Below are positions 9,340 through 18,652 of a stretch of DNA of 37,883 nt, one piece after another. The stretch is taken from NCBI GenBank assembly GCA_002720895.1, contig PBIP01000015.1, positions 1 to 37,883 of the forward strand. Reading direction: 5' to 3'. Within the stretch, counting starts at the first letter, position 1. Every line of letters starts with the position of its first letter. Made by a program: the position numbers and the translations under genes. A model generated the notes under the pieces. The model made no database searches. It was given only the letters and a program-made list of their open reading frames with translations, and was not told the origin of the DNA. Origin of the DNA: Pelagibacteraceae bacterium (lineage in GTDB: Bacteria; Pseudomonadota; Alphaproteobacteria; GCA-002720895).

Positions 9340-9636
9340 TTATCCTGAATTTACTTTGTTTTTAAGTATTTTGGAAGCTACAAATGATATGGTATTTCTA
9401 GCTGAAATAGTATGTTCAACGCCAGTTTTCGGATTTCTACCCACTCTTTCTTTTTTATGCCTCATTTTTAAAGTGCCAAATGAAGATATTTTTAGCATTT
9501 TTTTTTCAATCAATGATTTAATCATTTCATTTACGATAGTATCAACAAAATAAGAGGCTTCTGAGCGAGAAATTCCCATTTCTTTATTTAAAGCATTAGC
9601 TATCTCTATTCTAGTTAAATTATTATTCTCTGACAT
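9340..9636 (-). CDS. ihfA: Integration host factor subunit alpha
   Basis: LT..EIA, KISSFG and RVGRNPKTG motifs; follows fabH. Confidence 0.92.
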   Translation of the reverse strand: MSENNNLTRIEIANALNKEMGISRSEASYFVDTIVNEMIKSLIEKKMLKISSFGTLKMRHKKERVGRNPKTGVEHTISARNTISFVASKILKNKVNSG

Positions 9637-9651
9637 TCATTGATATTCTAC

Positions 9652-10611
9652 TTAATATTTTAAGATAGAGCAACCCCAAGTTAGTCCACCACCAATTGCT
9701 TCAAAAACAATTATATCGCCTCTTTTTACAATTTTTTTTGACAATGCATGGTCTAAAGTTAGTGGTATAGAAGCTGACGAAGTGTTTGCATATTTGTCTA
9801 CAGTAACTAAGACTTTGTCTTTAGAAATTCCCAACTTATTAGCTGTCATATCCATAATTCTTTTGTTAGCCTGATGAGGAATAATCCAATCAATGTCATT
9901 TTTCTTTAAATTATTTTTTTTTAAATTTGTTTCAATACAATTAGTTAGTTTTTCAACAGCATGTCTAAATACTTCTTTGCCTTTCATTTTAATATGTCCC
10001 GCTTTTTGATTAGATGCTACGCCTCCATCAACATATAAAAGATCATAAAATCTTCCATCTGAATATAATTCTGTTGATATAATACCGGAATTTTTTTTTC
10101 TTCCTGTTAAAACAATAGCTCCAGCACCATCTCCAAAAAGAACACATGTTGATCTGTCATTCCAGTCTAATATTCTTGAAAAAACTTCAGATCCAATTAC
10201 TAAAGCATTTCTTGCTTGTTTATTTTTAATATAATTGTCTGCAATTGAAATTGCATATATAAATCCCGAACAAGCAGCTTGAACATCAAATGCAAATCCT
10301 TTTTTTATTCCCAATTTACCTTGTATTTTTGTGGCAGTAGATGGAAATGTATGATCAGGCGTCGATGTTGCGACAATAACTAAATCAATTTCTGTATTAT
10401 TTATTTTTGAATTTTTTATTGCTTTTTTTGCTGCTTCAAATCCCAAGTCAGAATTTAATTGTTTTTTATTAGCAATATATCTTTGACAAATACCTGTTCT
10501 CGTTTTAATCCATTCATCTGTAGTATTTAATTTTTTCGGAAGATCATTGTTAGTTATAATTTTTTTTGGCAAATAACCTCCGCAACCTAAAATGTAACTT
10601 GAAAACTTCAT
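9652..10611 (-). CDS. fabH: Beta-ketoacyl-ACP synthase III
   Basis: WIKTRTGI, AACSGF, FGDGAGA, PHQANKR and NTSSASIP motifs. Confidence 0.97.
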   Translation of the reverse strand: MKFSSYILGCGGYLPKKIITNNDLPKKLNTTDEWIKTRTGICQRYIANKKQLNSDLGFEAAKKAIKNSKINNTEIDLVIVATSTPDHTFPSTATKIQGKLGIKKGFAFDVQAACSGFIYAISIADNYIKNKQARNALVIGSEVFSRILDWNDRSTCVLFGDGAGAIVLTGRKKNSGIISTELYSDGRFYDLLYVDGGVASNQKAGHIKMKGKEVFRHAVEKLTNCIETNLKKNNLKKNDIDWIIPHQANKRIMDMTANKLGISKDKVLVTVDKYANTSSASIPLTLDHALSKKIVKRGDIIVFEAIGGGLTWGCSILKY

Positions 10612-10615
10612 TTTA

Positions 10616-11650
10616 TTAAAAATTTTTTTTTATTTCTGAAATAATTTTTTCATTAAAATTATTAACACATAAATCATATGCCACTGATATAGCGTTCGAA
10701 AAACCTTGATCATTTGCTCTGCCATGACTTTTAACAACTATCCCATTTAAACCTAAAAACATTGCTCCATTATATTTGCTTGGATTTACTTTATTCCACA
10801 AATTTTTTAAAATTGGTAATGAAATAATAAATGCAAACTTAGAGTAGATGTTATCATTAAATGAATTTTTTAAATAGTTAGTATAAAGTTCAGCTGTACC
10901 TTCAGCTGTTTTTAAAGCAATATTTCCTGTGAAACCGTCTGTAACAACAACATCTACAATGCCCATTGGTATATCATTTCCCTCTACAAAGCCATGAAAA
11001 TCAATATTTTTTTCTTTTTCTAATTTATTTGCAGCTGATTGAACGATTAAATTACCTTTTAAAATTTCAGATCCAACATTTAATAAACCAATTTTTGGTT
11101 TTTTTATTCCCAAAACAGTCTTAGAAAAAATTTTTCCCATAATTGCAAAATCTATAATATTTTTTGTATTACATTCAATATTTGCTCCCAAATCTAACAT
11201 TACCGTTCTAGATTTTTTAGTTATTTTATTATTAATTTTAGTTGGAAACATACTTGCTATTGCTGGACGATTTATACCTTTAATAGTTTTCATTAAAACT
11301 GTAGATATAACCATTAAAGCACCTGTATTTCCACCGCTTACAACAGCATTGGCAAGTCCTTTTTTAACAGATTCTATTGATTTAAACATACTGGATTTCC
11401 TAAAATTTCTCAATGCGTCTATAGGTTTTGTATTATTTGTTATTATTTGAGTTGTGTGGAAAATTTCAAATTTATTAAGAAAGTTATTTTTTTGTAATAA
11501 TGGTTTAATTACTTTTTCATCACCAAAAAAAATAAATTTTACTTTTGGTGTCTTTTTTGAAGCTATATAAACGCCATCAATTACACTTTGAGGACCTAAA
11601 TCTCCTCCCATAGCATCTACAGCAATTGTAATTTCCTTAGAATTATTCAC
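10616..11650 (-). CDS. plsX: Phosphate acyltransferase PlsX
   Basis: AVDAMGGD, SGGNTGAL, LDLGAN, TDGFTGNIALKT and VKSHG motifs. Confidence 0.97.
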   Translation of the reverse strand: MNNSKEITIAVDAMGGDLGPQSVIDGVYIASKKTPKVKFIFFGDEKVIKPLLQKNNFLNKFEIFHTTQIITNNTKPIDALRNFRKSSMFKSIESVKKGLANAVVSGGNTGALMVISTVLMKTIKGINRPAIASMFPTKINNKITKKSRTVMLDLGANIECNTKNIIDFAIMGKIFSKTVLGIKKPKIGLLNVGSEILKGNLIVQSAANKLEKEKNIDFHGFVEGNDIPMGIVDVVVTDGFTGNIALKTAEGTAELYTNYLKNSFNDNIYSKFAFIISLPILKNLWNKVNPSKYNGAMFLGLNGIVVKSHGRANDQGFSNAISVAYDLCVNNFNEKIISEIKKNF

Positions 11651-11671
11651 AGAACAATATTTTAAAAAATA

Positions 11672-11857
11672 TTATTTAGTAGGATTAATAATTTTTTTCC
11701 CCCTATATTCGCCTGTAGATTTATCTATATGATGAGGTCTTCTTAATTCGCCTGAATTTTTATCTTCGATATATTTAATAGTGGATAATTTTCCTTTAAG
11801 ATGCGATATACGCATTTTAGATTTTGATTTAGAAGTTTTTTTTTTTGGTACTGCCAT
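11672..11857 (-). CDS. rpmF: 50S ribosomal protein L32 (Cys-less type)
   Basis: [11 protein letters not shown]...[10 protein letters not shown]...G.YRG; start moved to the ATG at 11857. Confidence 0.95.
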   Translation of the reverse strand: MAVPKKKTSKSKSKMRISHLKGKLSTIKYIEDKNSGELRRPHHIDKSTGEYRGKKIINPTK

Positions 11858-11919
11858 TTGATTATAATTATTATCATTTAAAAAATAAAACACAAATAAA
11901 TTATTAAAAAAATATTAAT

Positions 11920-12450
11920 TTATTCGTGAAAAAAGTTTTTTATAAAAATTTCGTTAGAAGTTGAGTTATTTAGTTTTTTATGATGCTTTAAAATATAGTT
12001 ATAAAAATTATTTAAATTTTTTTGCTTAATATTATTGTTATATATATTCTTTTTTATTAATTTTTTGATATTTACAAAGTCACTTTCTGTAATTTTTTTA
12101 TATTGTTGCATTCTAAAAGAAAAAATTTTAGCCAAACTTTTTACTTTTTTTCCAACAGAAAGATCTCCTGTGCCAATTTCTCTTAATGAAAAATCTATGT
12201 ATTCGAAAAAATAATTATAAAGTAACTGCATTTTTATTTTATCTATTTCATTTTTAAATCTAATATGTAAGAGAAAAATTAATATTAATATAATTTCATA
12301 TTTGCTATTAAAAGTATTTGGAATATTAAACTTTTGATTAAATATATTAGAATTAGATATTTTAATTATATTATTAAGAATATCTTTTATTTTTTTTGTA
12401 TTATAATTTTTCTTTTTGAAAAAAATTTTTTTTAAACTATTTAATATCAT
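11920..12450 (-). CDS. Ubiquinol-cytochrome c chaperone (Cbp3 family)
   Basis: D.SLREIG.GDLSVGKKVK signature; usual position between bamE and plsX. Confidence 0.85.
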   Translation of the reverse strand: MILNSLKKIFFKKKNYNTKKIKDILNNIIKISNSNIFNQKFNIPNTFNSKYEIILILIFLLHIRFKNEIDKIKMQLLYNYFFEYIDFSLREIGTGDLSVGKKVKSLAKIFSFRMQQYKKITESDFVNIKKLIKKNIYNNNIKQKNLNNFYNYILKHHKKLNNSTSNEIFIKNFFHE

Positions 12451-12459
12451 TATAAAAAT

Positions 12460-12915
12460 ATGAATTATATAAAAATAATTTTAAAAATAGTTTTTACCAC
12501 ACTTTTTTTGCAATTAACTTCTTGTGGGTTAAAAGTTGTTGAAAATCATGGCCAAATATATGAAAAAAATGTTAAATTTGAAGAATTAGAAGTAGGAAAA
12601 ATAAAAAAGGATGAAATTCTTAATATGCTTGGTTCCCCGTCAACAACAAGTAATTTTGATAAAGAACCAAGCTGGATATATATAAGTTCTGAATTTAAAA
12701 AATTTGTTTTTTTAGATGGCCAAAATACAGATCAAAAAATATTAATACTTTCCTTCGACAAAGAAACTTTAACTAAGAAGGAATTACTATCAAAGAAAGA
12801 TATAAACGATATAGAATACGAAGATACAATTACAGATAGTCGTGGCAAAAAAATAAATTGGCTTAGAGAATTCTTCAGTAATTTAAACCCTGATCCATAT
12901 GGAAATAAAAAATAA
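12460..12915 (+). CDS. bamE: Outer membrane protein assembly factor BamE (SmpA/OmlA) lipoprotein
   Basis: Lipobox LTSC, and G...K.EI...LGSPS....W.YIS pattern. Confidence 0.9.
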   Translation: MNYIKIILKIVFTTLFLQLTSCGLKVVENHGQIYEKNVKFEELEVGKIKKDEILNMLGSPSTTSNFDKEPSWIYISSEFKKFVFLDGQNTDQKILILSFDKETLTKKELLSKKDINDIEYEDTITDSRGKKINWLREFFSNLNPDPYGNKK

Positions 12916-12918
12916 TAG

Positions 12919-15015
12919 TTAATGAGCTATAAAGCCTAGAAGCAATAATGCAACAATATTGGTAATCTTGATCATTGGATTTATAGCTGGACCTGCTGTA
13001 TCTTTATAAGGATCTCCAACTGTATCTCCAGTAACAGCAGCTTTATGAGCATCTGAGCCTTTTCCTCCTAAATTGCCATCTTCTATATATTTTTTTGCAT
13101 TATCCCAGGCGCCACCTCCTGCAGTCATTGATATTGCAACAAACAAACCTGTAACAATAATACCTAATAACATGGCTCCAACTGATGCTAGAGCGGAACT
13201 TTGATCGGCAACTAGTAGAATAAAGAAATATAAAATAATTGGTGATAAAACTGGTAATAATGAAGGTATTATCATTTCTTTAATAGCAGTTTTGGTAAGC
13301 ATATCTACACATTTTCCGTACTCTGGTTTTGCTTTTCCTGACATAATACCTTTTATGCTTTTGAATTGTCTTCTCACTTCTATAACAACTGCTGACCCAG
13401 CTCTGCCAACTGCTGTCATTCCCATTGATGCAAAAAGGTAAGGTAAAAGACCGCCGAAAATTAAACCTACGACAACATATGGGTTTGATAAATTAAAATT
13501 AATATTTTGAACATTAATGAGATTGTTTTCTATAAAATAATTTAAATCAGCAGTATAAGTGGCAAATAATACTAAAGCTCCTAAACCGGCTGAACCAATT
13601 GCATATCCCTTTGTAATTGCCTTAGTTGTGTTACCTACTGCATCTAATGCATCTGTAATTTTTCTAATTTTTTTATCTAGTTTGGACATCTCTGCTATAC
13701 CACCAGCATTATCCGTAACTGGTCCATATGCATCTAACGCAACAACCATTCCTGCTAGTGCAAGCATTGATGTTACTGAAATTGCTATACCAAATAGACC
13801 GGCTAATTTGAAAGATGTTATTATTCCTATACAAATAATTACAGCGGGAATTGCTGTTGCCTCTAAACTTACAGCTAATCCCTGTATGATATTTGTAGCA
13901 TGTCCAGTTTCTGAGGATTTAGCAATACTTTGCACTGGTTTAAAATTAGTACCTGTATAATATTCTGTAATCCATATGAGCAGACTGGTAATTACTAATC
14001 CTGTGACTCCGCAATAAAATAAATCGAGTCCATTAAAATTTTTATCATTGACTAAAAAATTCTTATCTAAACCTATAAACCAATCCGTTAAAAACCATAA
14101 ACTTGCTATCGATAAAAAGGCCGTAACAAAGAATCCTTTATATAAAGCTCCCATAACATTGTTAGATTTTCCTAGTCTTACAAAAAATGTTCCAATGATA
14201 CTTGTAATAATACATGCACCCCCAATAGCTAATGGATATGACATAAATGCTAAAACAAGATCTGTTTGCTGATTAAAAAAAATTGATGCTAAAACCATTG
14301 TTGCAACTACTGTGACAACATAGGTTTCAAATAAATCTGCTGCCATACCTGCGCAATCACCAACATTATCTCCTACATTATCTGCAATCACAGCAGGATT
14401 TCTAGGATCATCTTCTGGTATTCCTGCTTCAACTTTACCAACTAAATCAGCACCAACATCCGCACCTTTTGTGAAAATTCCACCACCTAGCCTGGCAAAA
14501 ATAGAAATTAATGAAGCTCCAAAACTTAAACCAACTAATGGTTCAATTAGTCCTCTTCCGTTTACACCTAAATATAATAAAAATGAATAATACCCGCCAA
14601 TTGACAACAATGCTAAACCCACAACTAGCATTCCTGTGACTGAACCTGCCCTAAATGCAACTTTAAGGCCTTCGGATAATCCTTTCGATGCTGCAGATGC
14701 GGTTTTTACATTTGATCTAACAGATATGTGCATACCTATGTAACCTGCTAAACCAGATAAAACTGCTCCTAATAAAAAACCAAAAGCTACTTTAAAATCA
14801 AAAAAATAAAAAATTAAAACAAATATTGTAAGGCCAACATAAGAAATCGTTAAGTACTGTCTATTTAAATAAGCATTTGCCCCTTCTTGAATAGCAAGAG
14901 ATATTTCTTGCATTTTTTTATTTCCGGAATCTGAATTAAGTATACTTCTTGTAGCTAAAAAACCATACAAAATTGAGCTTAGTCCGCAAATAATTGAAAA
15001 CTGTATTGGATCCAT
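12919..15015 (-). CDS. hppA: Membrane-bound pyrophosphatase (predicted K+-independent, H+-translocating)
   Basis: [42 protein letters not shown] and [11 protein letters not shown] motifs; many hydrophobic segments. Confidence 0.97.
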   Translation of the reverse strand: MDPIQFSIICGLSSILYGFLATRSILNSDSGNKKMQEISLAIQEGANAYLNRQYLTISYVGLTIFVLIFYFFDFKVAFGFLLGAVLSGLAGYIGMHISVRSNVKTASAASKGLSEGLKVAFRAGSVTGMLVVGLALLSIGGYYSFLLYLGVNGRGLIEPLVGLSFGASLISIFARLGGGIFTKGADVGADLVGKVEAGIPEDDPRNPAVIADNVGDNVGDCAGMAADLFETYVVTVVATMVLASIFFNQQTDLVLAFMSYPLAIGGACIITSIIGTFFVRLGKSNNVMGALYKGFFVTAFLSIASLWFLTDWFIGLDKNFLVNDKNFNGLDLFYCGVTGLVITSLLIWITEYYTGTNFKPVQSIAKSSETGHATNIIQGLAVSLEATAIPAVIICIGIITSFKLAGLFGIAISVTSMLALAGMVVALDAYGPVTDNAGGIAEMSKLDKKIRKITDALDAVGNTTKAITKGYAIGSAGLGALVLFATYTADLNYFIENNLINVQNINFNLSNPYVVVGLIFGGLLPYLFASMGMTAVGRAGSAVVIEVRRQFKSIKGIMSGKAKPEYGKCVDMLTKTAIKEMIIPSLLPVLSPIILYFFILLVADQSSALASVGAMLLGIIVTGLFVAISMTAGGGAWDNAKKYIEDGNLGGKGSDAHKAAVTGDTVGDPYKDTAGPAINPMIKITNIVALLLLGFIAH

Positions 15016-15054
15016 ATCATAACAGTTTTAATTACTTTTTATTAAAAAATCAAA

Positions 15055-16026
15055 TTAAAAATGCTTAAAACCCAAACTTTTAAATGATAATTCTTTATTA
15101 TTTTGGTCTAATACAATAAGTTTTTTTTTTTTTAAAATACTTCCAATTTTTGTAATTTTTAATAAATGTTTTCTCGCTAGTGAAATAATTTTTTTTGAAT
15201 TTTTTTTGTTTGCAGTAAATATTAATTGATAATCTTCACCACAAGTAATTAGATAATTTGTATTAATTTTATTTAAATTTAACAATTCTTTTGTTTGTTT
15301 ACTAAACGGAATTTTTTCAATGTTAATCTCGGCGCCACAATTTGATGATAAAATAATATTATTTAAATCTGCTAGAAGCCCATCAGAAATATCAGTTGCA
15401 GAATTTATATATCTACCTAGTTCTTTTGAAAATTCAACTGGGGGATCAGGCAATTTATGCTTACGAATATAAAAATTATTTAGTTTTTTATTTAAAGATA
15501 ATTTTTTTAACAAAATTTTATAACCAACTCCGCTATCACCGATATTACCTGTAACATAAATATCATCCGATAATTTTGCATTTGACCTTTTAATAAGTTT
15601 TTTTTTTTTATAACCAAATAAAGTAATAGATAATATTAACGGTCCACTAGTAACTACTGTGTCTCCACCTATTAAAGCTAATTTGTATTTTAATTGATCT
15701 TCTTTTAATCCTTTTGCAAATAATTTAATCCATCTATTTAATTTTTTTTCTTTTAACTTATTTGGCAGTGATAAATTTAAAGTATATCCAAAGGGTTCGG
15801 CGCACATAGATGCTAAATCAGATAGATTCGCTCTAAGTAATTTCTTTGCAATTAGTGAAGGATTTTTTTCATTTTTTTGAAAATGATCGCCTTCAACAAT
15901 TGAATCTGTGCCAACTACAATTTTTTTTTTATCAGGTAATACAGCCGCGTCATCATCTAGGTTTAATGATAGATTGTTTGAAGAAAGAGGAGAAAATATT
16001 TTTTTTATAACTTCATATTCATTCAT
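15055..16026 (-). CDS. thiL: Thiamine-monophosphate kinase
   Basis: DDAA, NLSDLASM, LIGGDT, DISDGL and GEDYQL motifs. Confidence 0.96.
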   Translation of the reverse strand: MNEYEVIKKIFSPLSSNNLSLNLDDDAAVLPDKKKIVVGTDSIVEGDHFQKNEKNPSLIAKKLLRANLSDLASMCAEPFGYTLNLSLPNKLKEKKLNRWIKLFAKGLKEDQLKYKLALIGGDTVVTSGPLILSITLFGYKKKKLIKRSNAKLSDDIYVTGNIGDSGVGYKILLKKLSLNKKLNNFYIRKHKLPDPPVEFSKELGRYINSATDISDGLLADLNNIILSSNCGAEINIEKIPFSKQTKELLNLNKINTNYLITCGEDYQLIFTANKKNSKKIISLARKHLLKITKIGSILKKKKLIVLDQNNKELSFKSLGFKHF

Positions 16027-16450
16027 TGCTAATACTATTTGCTAGTTGATGTAAAATTCCATTAATAAGTCCAACTTCATTTTTATTTAAAAAAGAACTA
16101 CTAACTTTATTATATTCAGCAATAGATATTTTATGTGACAAATTTTTAAAATAAATAATTTCACATGAACCAAGTTCTAAAATTACTTTGATTATTGTCT
16201 CCATTTTTTCAAAACTTTTTTTTTTTACTATAGTTTCAATTCTTTTATCTAAATTTTTTTTATTTTTAACCGTCTCATTAAGTAACTTAAAAAAAAATTT
16301 TCTATCTGGTGAATTTCTAGTTTCACTATCTTTTAACAAGTTTTTTTTCACAACAGAAATCTCAATTTTTTTATTATAAGATAATTGGTACATTGCTTGC
16401 GTTGCAAGTACCCTTGACCAAGATCTTGAACCTTTATTTTTTTTTATCAT
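16019..16450 (-). CDS. nusB: Transcription antitermination factor NusB
   Basis: R...R..A.QA.YQ N-terminus and INGILH C-terminus; lies between ribH and thiL. ATG at 16450 overlaps the ribH stop. Confidence 0.9.
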   Translation of the reverse strand: MIKKNKGSRSWSRVLATQAMYQLSYNKKIEISVVKKNLLKDSETRNSPDRKFFFKLLNETVKNKKNLDKRIETIVKKKSFEKMETIIKVILELGSCEIIYFKNLSHKISIAEYNKVSSSFLNKNEVGLINGILHQLANSISNE

Positions 16451-16965
16451 TTTTTTATTAAGAGCATAAGTAATGTTTCTACTGCATGTTGGGTACACTT
16501 ATCTAATTTATTCTTTGCCTCTTGCATATTATTTGCATTAAATATCCCATTACCAATAGGTATAATATTTTCGATACTAATTCTTTGTAAATTTGTAAAA
16601 ATAGATGTTGATATTGCTTTGTGATTAATTGTTTTACCCTTAATTATACATCCTAAGGCTAAATAACCTGCGTATTTAGGTTGCTTGTTTAAATTAAGCT
16701 GGCTCAATTTAGAGATCTGCAATATATTATCTCTAATTTTTTTCTTATCTTTTCCTTCAAATGTTCCAAGTTGTTTTTCATTATCCTTTGTATCTTCTTT
16801 AATACTACGAGCAATTTCAAAGGGTATTTCAAATGAACCGGGCACTTCAGAAAAATCATAATCGATCTGTGAACTTTTTAGTTTTTTTTTACATATATCT
16901 AACATCTTAGATGTTATTTCATCTAAATAATAATTTGAATATATTATTTTTATTTTAGTTTTCAT
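16447..16965 (-). CDS. ribH: 6,7-dimethyl-8-ribityllumazine synthase, divergent with internal insertion
   Basis: VPGSFEIP, LALGCIIKG.T and PIGNGI motifs; rib operon context. Confidence 0.88.
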   Translation of the reverse strand: MKTKIKIIYSNYYLDEITSKMLDICKKKLKSSQIDYDFSEVPGSFEIPFEIARSIKEDTKDNEKQLGTFEGKDKKKIRDNILQISKLSQLNLNKQPKYAGYLALGCIIKGKTINHKAISTSIFTNLQRISIENIIPIGNGIFNANNMQEAKNKLDKCTQHAVETLLMLLIKK

Positions 16966-18050
16966 TTTATTGGGATAGTGTTAATTACTTTTAATCCATA
17001 ACCTTCAAGACCAACAATTGTTTTTTTACTATTTGATATTAAAATCATATTTTTTATCCCTAAATCAATTAAAATTTGCGCTCCTACCCCATAATCTCTT
17101 AATTGTAAATTTTTTTTATCATCTGTATTTGATTTAATCCTTTGAGATAAAGTCCATGATCTTGGTTCCCTTATAATTACAATAACTCCGTTTTTCTTTT
17201 TTGATATCATTTGCATAGATTTTTTTATTTGATTATCTAGAAAAGATGATGTTCCTAGAATATCATCTAAAAAATTTAAAGCGTGAACTCTGACTAATAC
17301 TGATTTTTTTGAATTAATTTTTCCTTTTACTAAAGCAATATGTTCAGCGGGTACAATTTTATTCTTGTAAACTATTAAATTAAATTCTCCTCCATATTTA
17401 CTTTTAATTTTAGTTTCTAATGTTCTTTCTATAATCTTTTCTTTTTTTCTTCTATAAGAAATCAAATCTGAAATAGTTGCAATTTTTAATTTATGTTGTT
17501 TAGAAAATTTGAAAAGGTCATCTCTTCTTGCCATCGTTCCATCATCATTCATAATTTCACATATTACCCCTGATGAATTAAGGTTTGCTAAAGATGCTAT
17601 ATCTACAGCTGCTTCTGTATGTCCTGCTCTAACTAAAACGCCTCCGTCTTGAGCTCTCAATGGGAAAATATGCCCAGGAGTAGAAATATTCTGTGAATTT
17701 GATTTTTTATTTATTGCTACTTTTATAGTCTTTGCTCTATCTTTAGCAGATATACCTGTAGATATGCCTTTTTTTGCTTCAATAGATATTGTAAATGCAG
17801 TTTTTCTTCTTGGAGCATTATGTTGAGGCATTAAAGGAAGATTTAATTCTTCTATTCTTTTTCCCGATAAAGCAAGACATATAAGTCCTCTTCCATATTT
17901 AGCCATAAAATTAATTTTATCAGCATTAATTTTTTCAGCTGGCACGATAAGGTCACCTTCATTCTCTCTATTTTCATCATCAACCAAAATGAACATTTTT
18001 CCTTTTTTCGCATCTTTGATAATTTCTTCTATTTTTGAAAAAAAGGTCAT
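16962..18050 (-). CDS. ribB: DHBP synthase RibB fused to a degenerate GTP cyclohydrolase II-like domain (RibBX type)
   Basis: DDENRENEGDL, PGHIFPL, RAGHTEA and ICEIMNDDG motifs. C-domain has VRVH and RDYGVGAQIL but no Zn-binding cysteines. Confidence 0.95.
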   Translation of the reverse strand: MTFFSKIEEIIKDAKKGKMFILVDDENRENEGDLIVPAEKINADKINFMAKYGRGLICLALSGKRIEELNLPLMPQHNAPRRKTAFTISIEAKKGISTGISAKDRAKTIKVAINKKSNSQNISTPGHIFPLRAQDGGVLVRAGHTEAAVDIASLANLNSSGVICEIMNDDGTMARRDDLFKFSKQHKLKIATISDLISYRRKKEKIIERTLETKIKSKYGGEFNLIVYKNKIVPAEHIALVKGKINSKKSVLVRVHALNFLDDILGTSSFLDNQIKKSMQMISKKKNGVIVIIREPRSWTLSQRIKSNTDDKKNLQLRDYGVGAQILIDLGIKNMILISNSKKTIVGLEGYGLKVINTIPIK

Positions 18051-18652
18051 AATTTATTTACATCAACATAATTAGAAACATATCTTGCTATCATATCAAC
18101 TTCTATATTTAATAATTCTTTAATACTTACATTGTTGAATGTTGTAGTTTTTAAAGTATGAGGAATAATATTTACTTCAAAAGCATTACTCGATACATCG
18201 TTTATTGTTAGAGAAACACCGTTAATAGATATCGAGCCTTTAGAAGTTATAAATTTTTTTAGATTGAAAGGGATTTCAATTTTTAATATTAAACTTGAAC
18301 CTTGATATTTTTTAGAAACTATTTTTGCTGTTTTATCTATATGACCAAAAACTAAATGTCCTGAAATTTCATCTCCAACTTTTAAAGAGGTTTCAAGATT
18401 AACTAATGCACCAACTTTAAATGAATTTAAATTTGATTTTAATAGCGTTTCTTTAGAAGCGCTGATTACAAACCAATTATTTTTTTTCTTTTTACCTTTT
18501 TTTATAATTGTTAAACAAATACCATTACAACTTATTGAAGAACCAATTTTTAATTTTTTATAATTAATTTTAGTAGAAATATAAAATTTAGTATCACCAT
18601 CTTTTTTGATTCTAAAAATTTCTCCAATATCTTCTATAATCCCGGTAAACAT
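18047..18652 (-). CDS. ribE: Riboflavin synthase
   Basis: MFTGII start, NGICLT, GHLVFGHID, KGSISINGVSLT and IPHT motifs. Confidence 0.97.
   Translation of the reverse strand: MFTGIIEDIGEIFRIKKDGDTKFYISTKINYKKLKIGSSISCNGICLTIIKKGKKKKNNWFVISASKETLLKSNLNSFKVGALVNLETSLKVGDEISGHLVFGHIDKTAKIVSKKYQGSSLILKIEIPFNLKKFITSKGSISINGVSLTINDVSSNAFEVNIIPHTLKTTTFNNVSIKELLNIEVDMIARYVSNYVDVNKL

Noticed and set aside
9652-10611. FabH as a dedicated BioZ
   Set aside because: It sits in the canonical plsX-fabH-ihfA context, 12 kb from the bio genes; no sequence evidence for BioZ.
16709-16736. TTAGAGAT/ATCTCTAA inverted repeat inside the RibH insertion (RPE-like element?)
   Set aside because: Only an 8-bp stem in AT-rich DNA, with no second copy seen in the window. 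The insert is also too short and lacks intein terminal residues.
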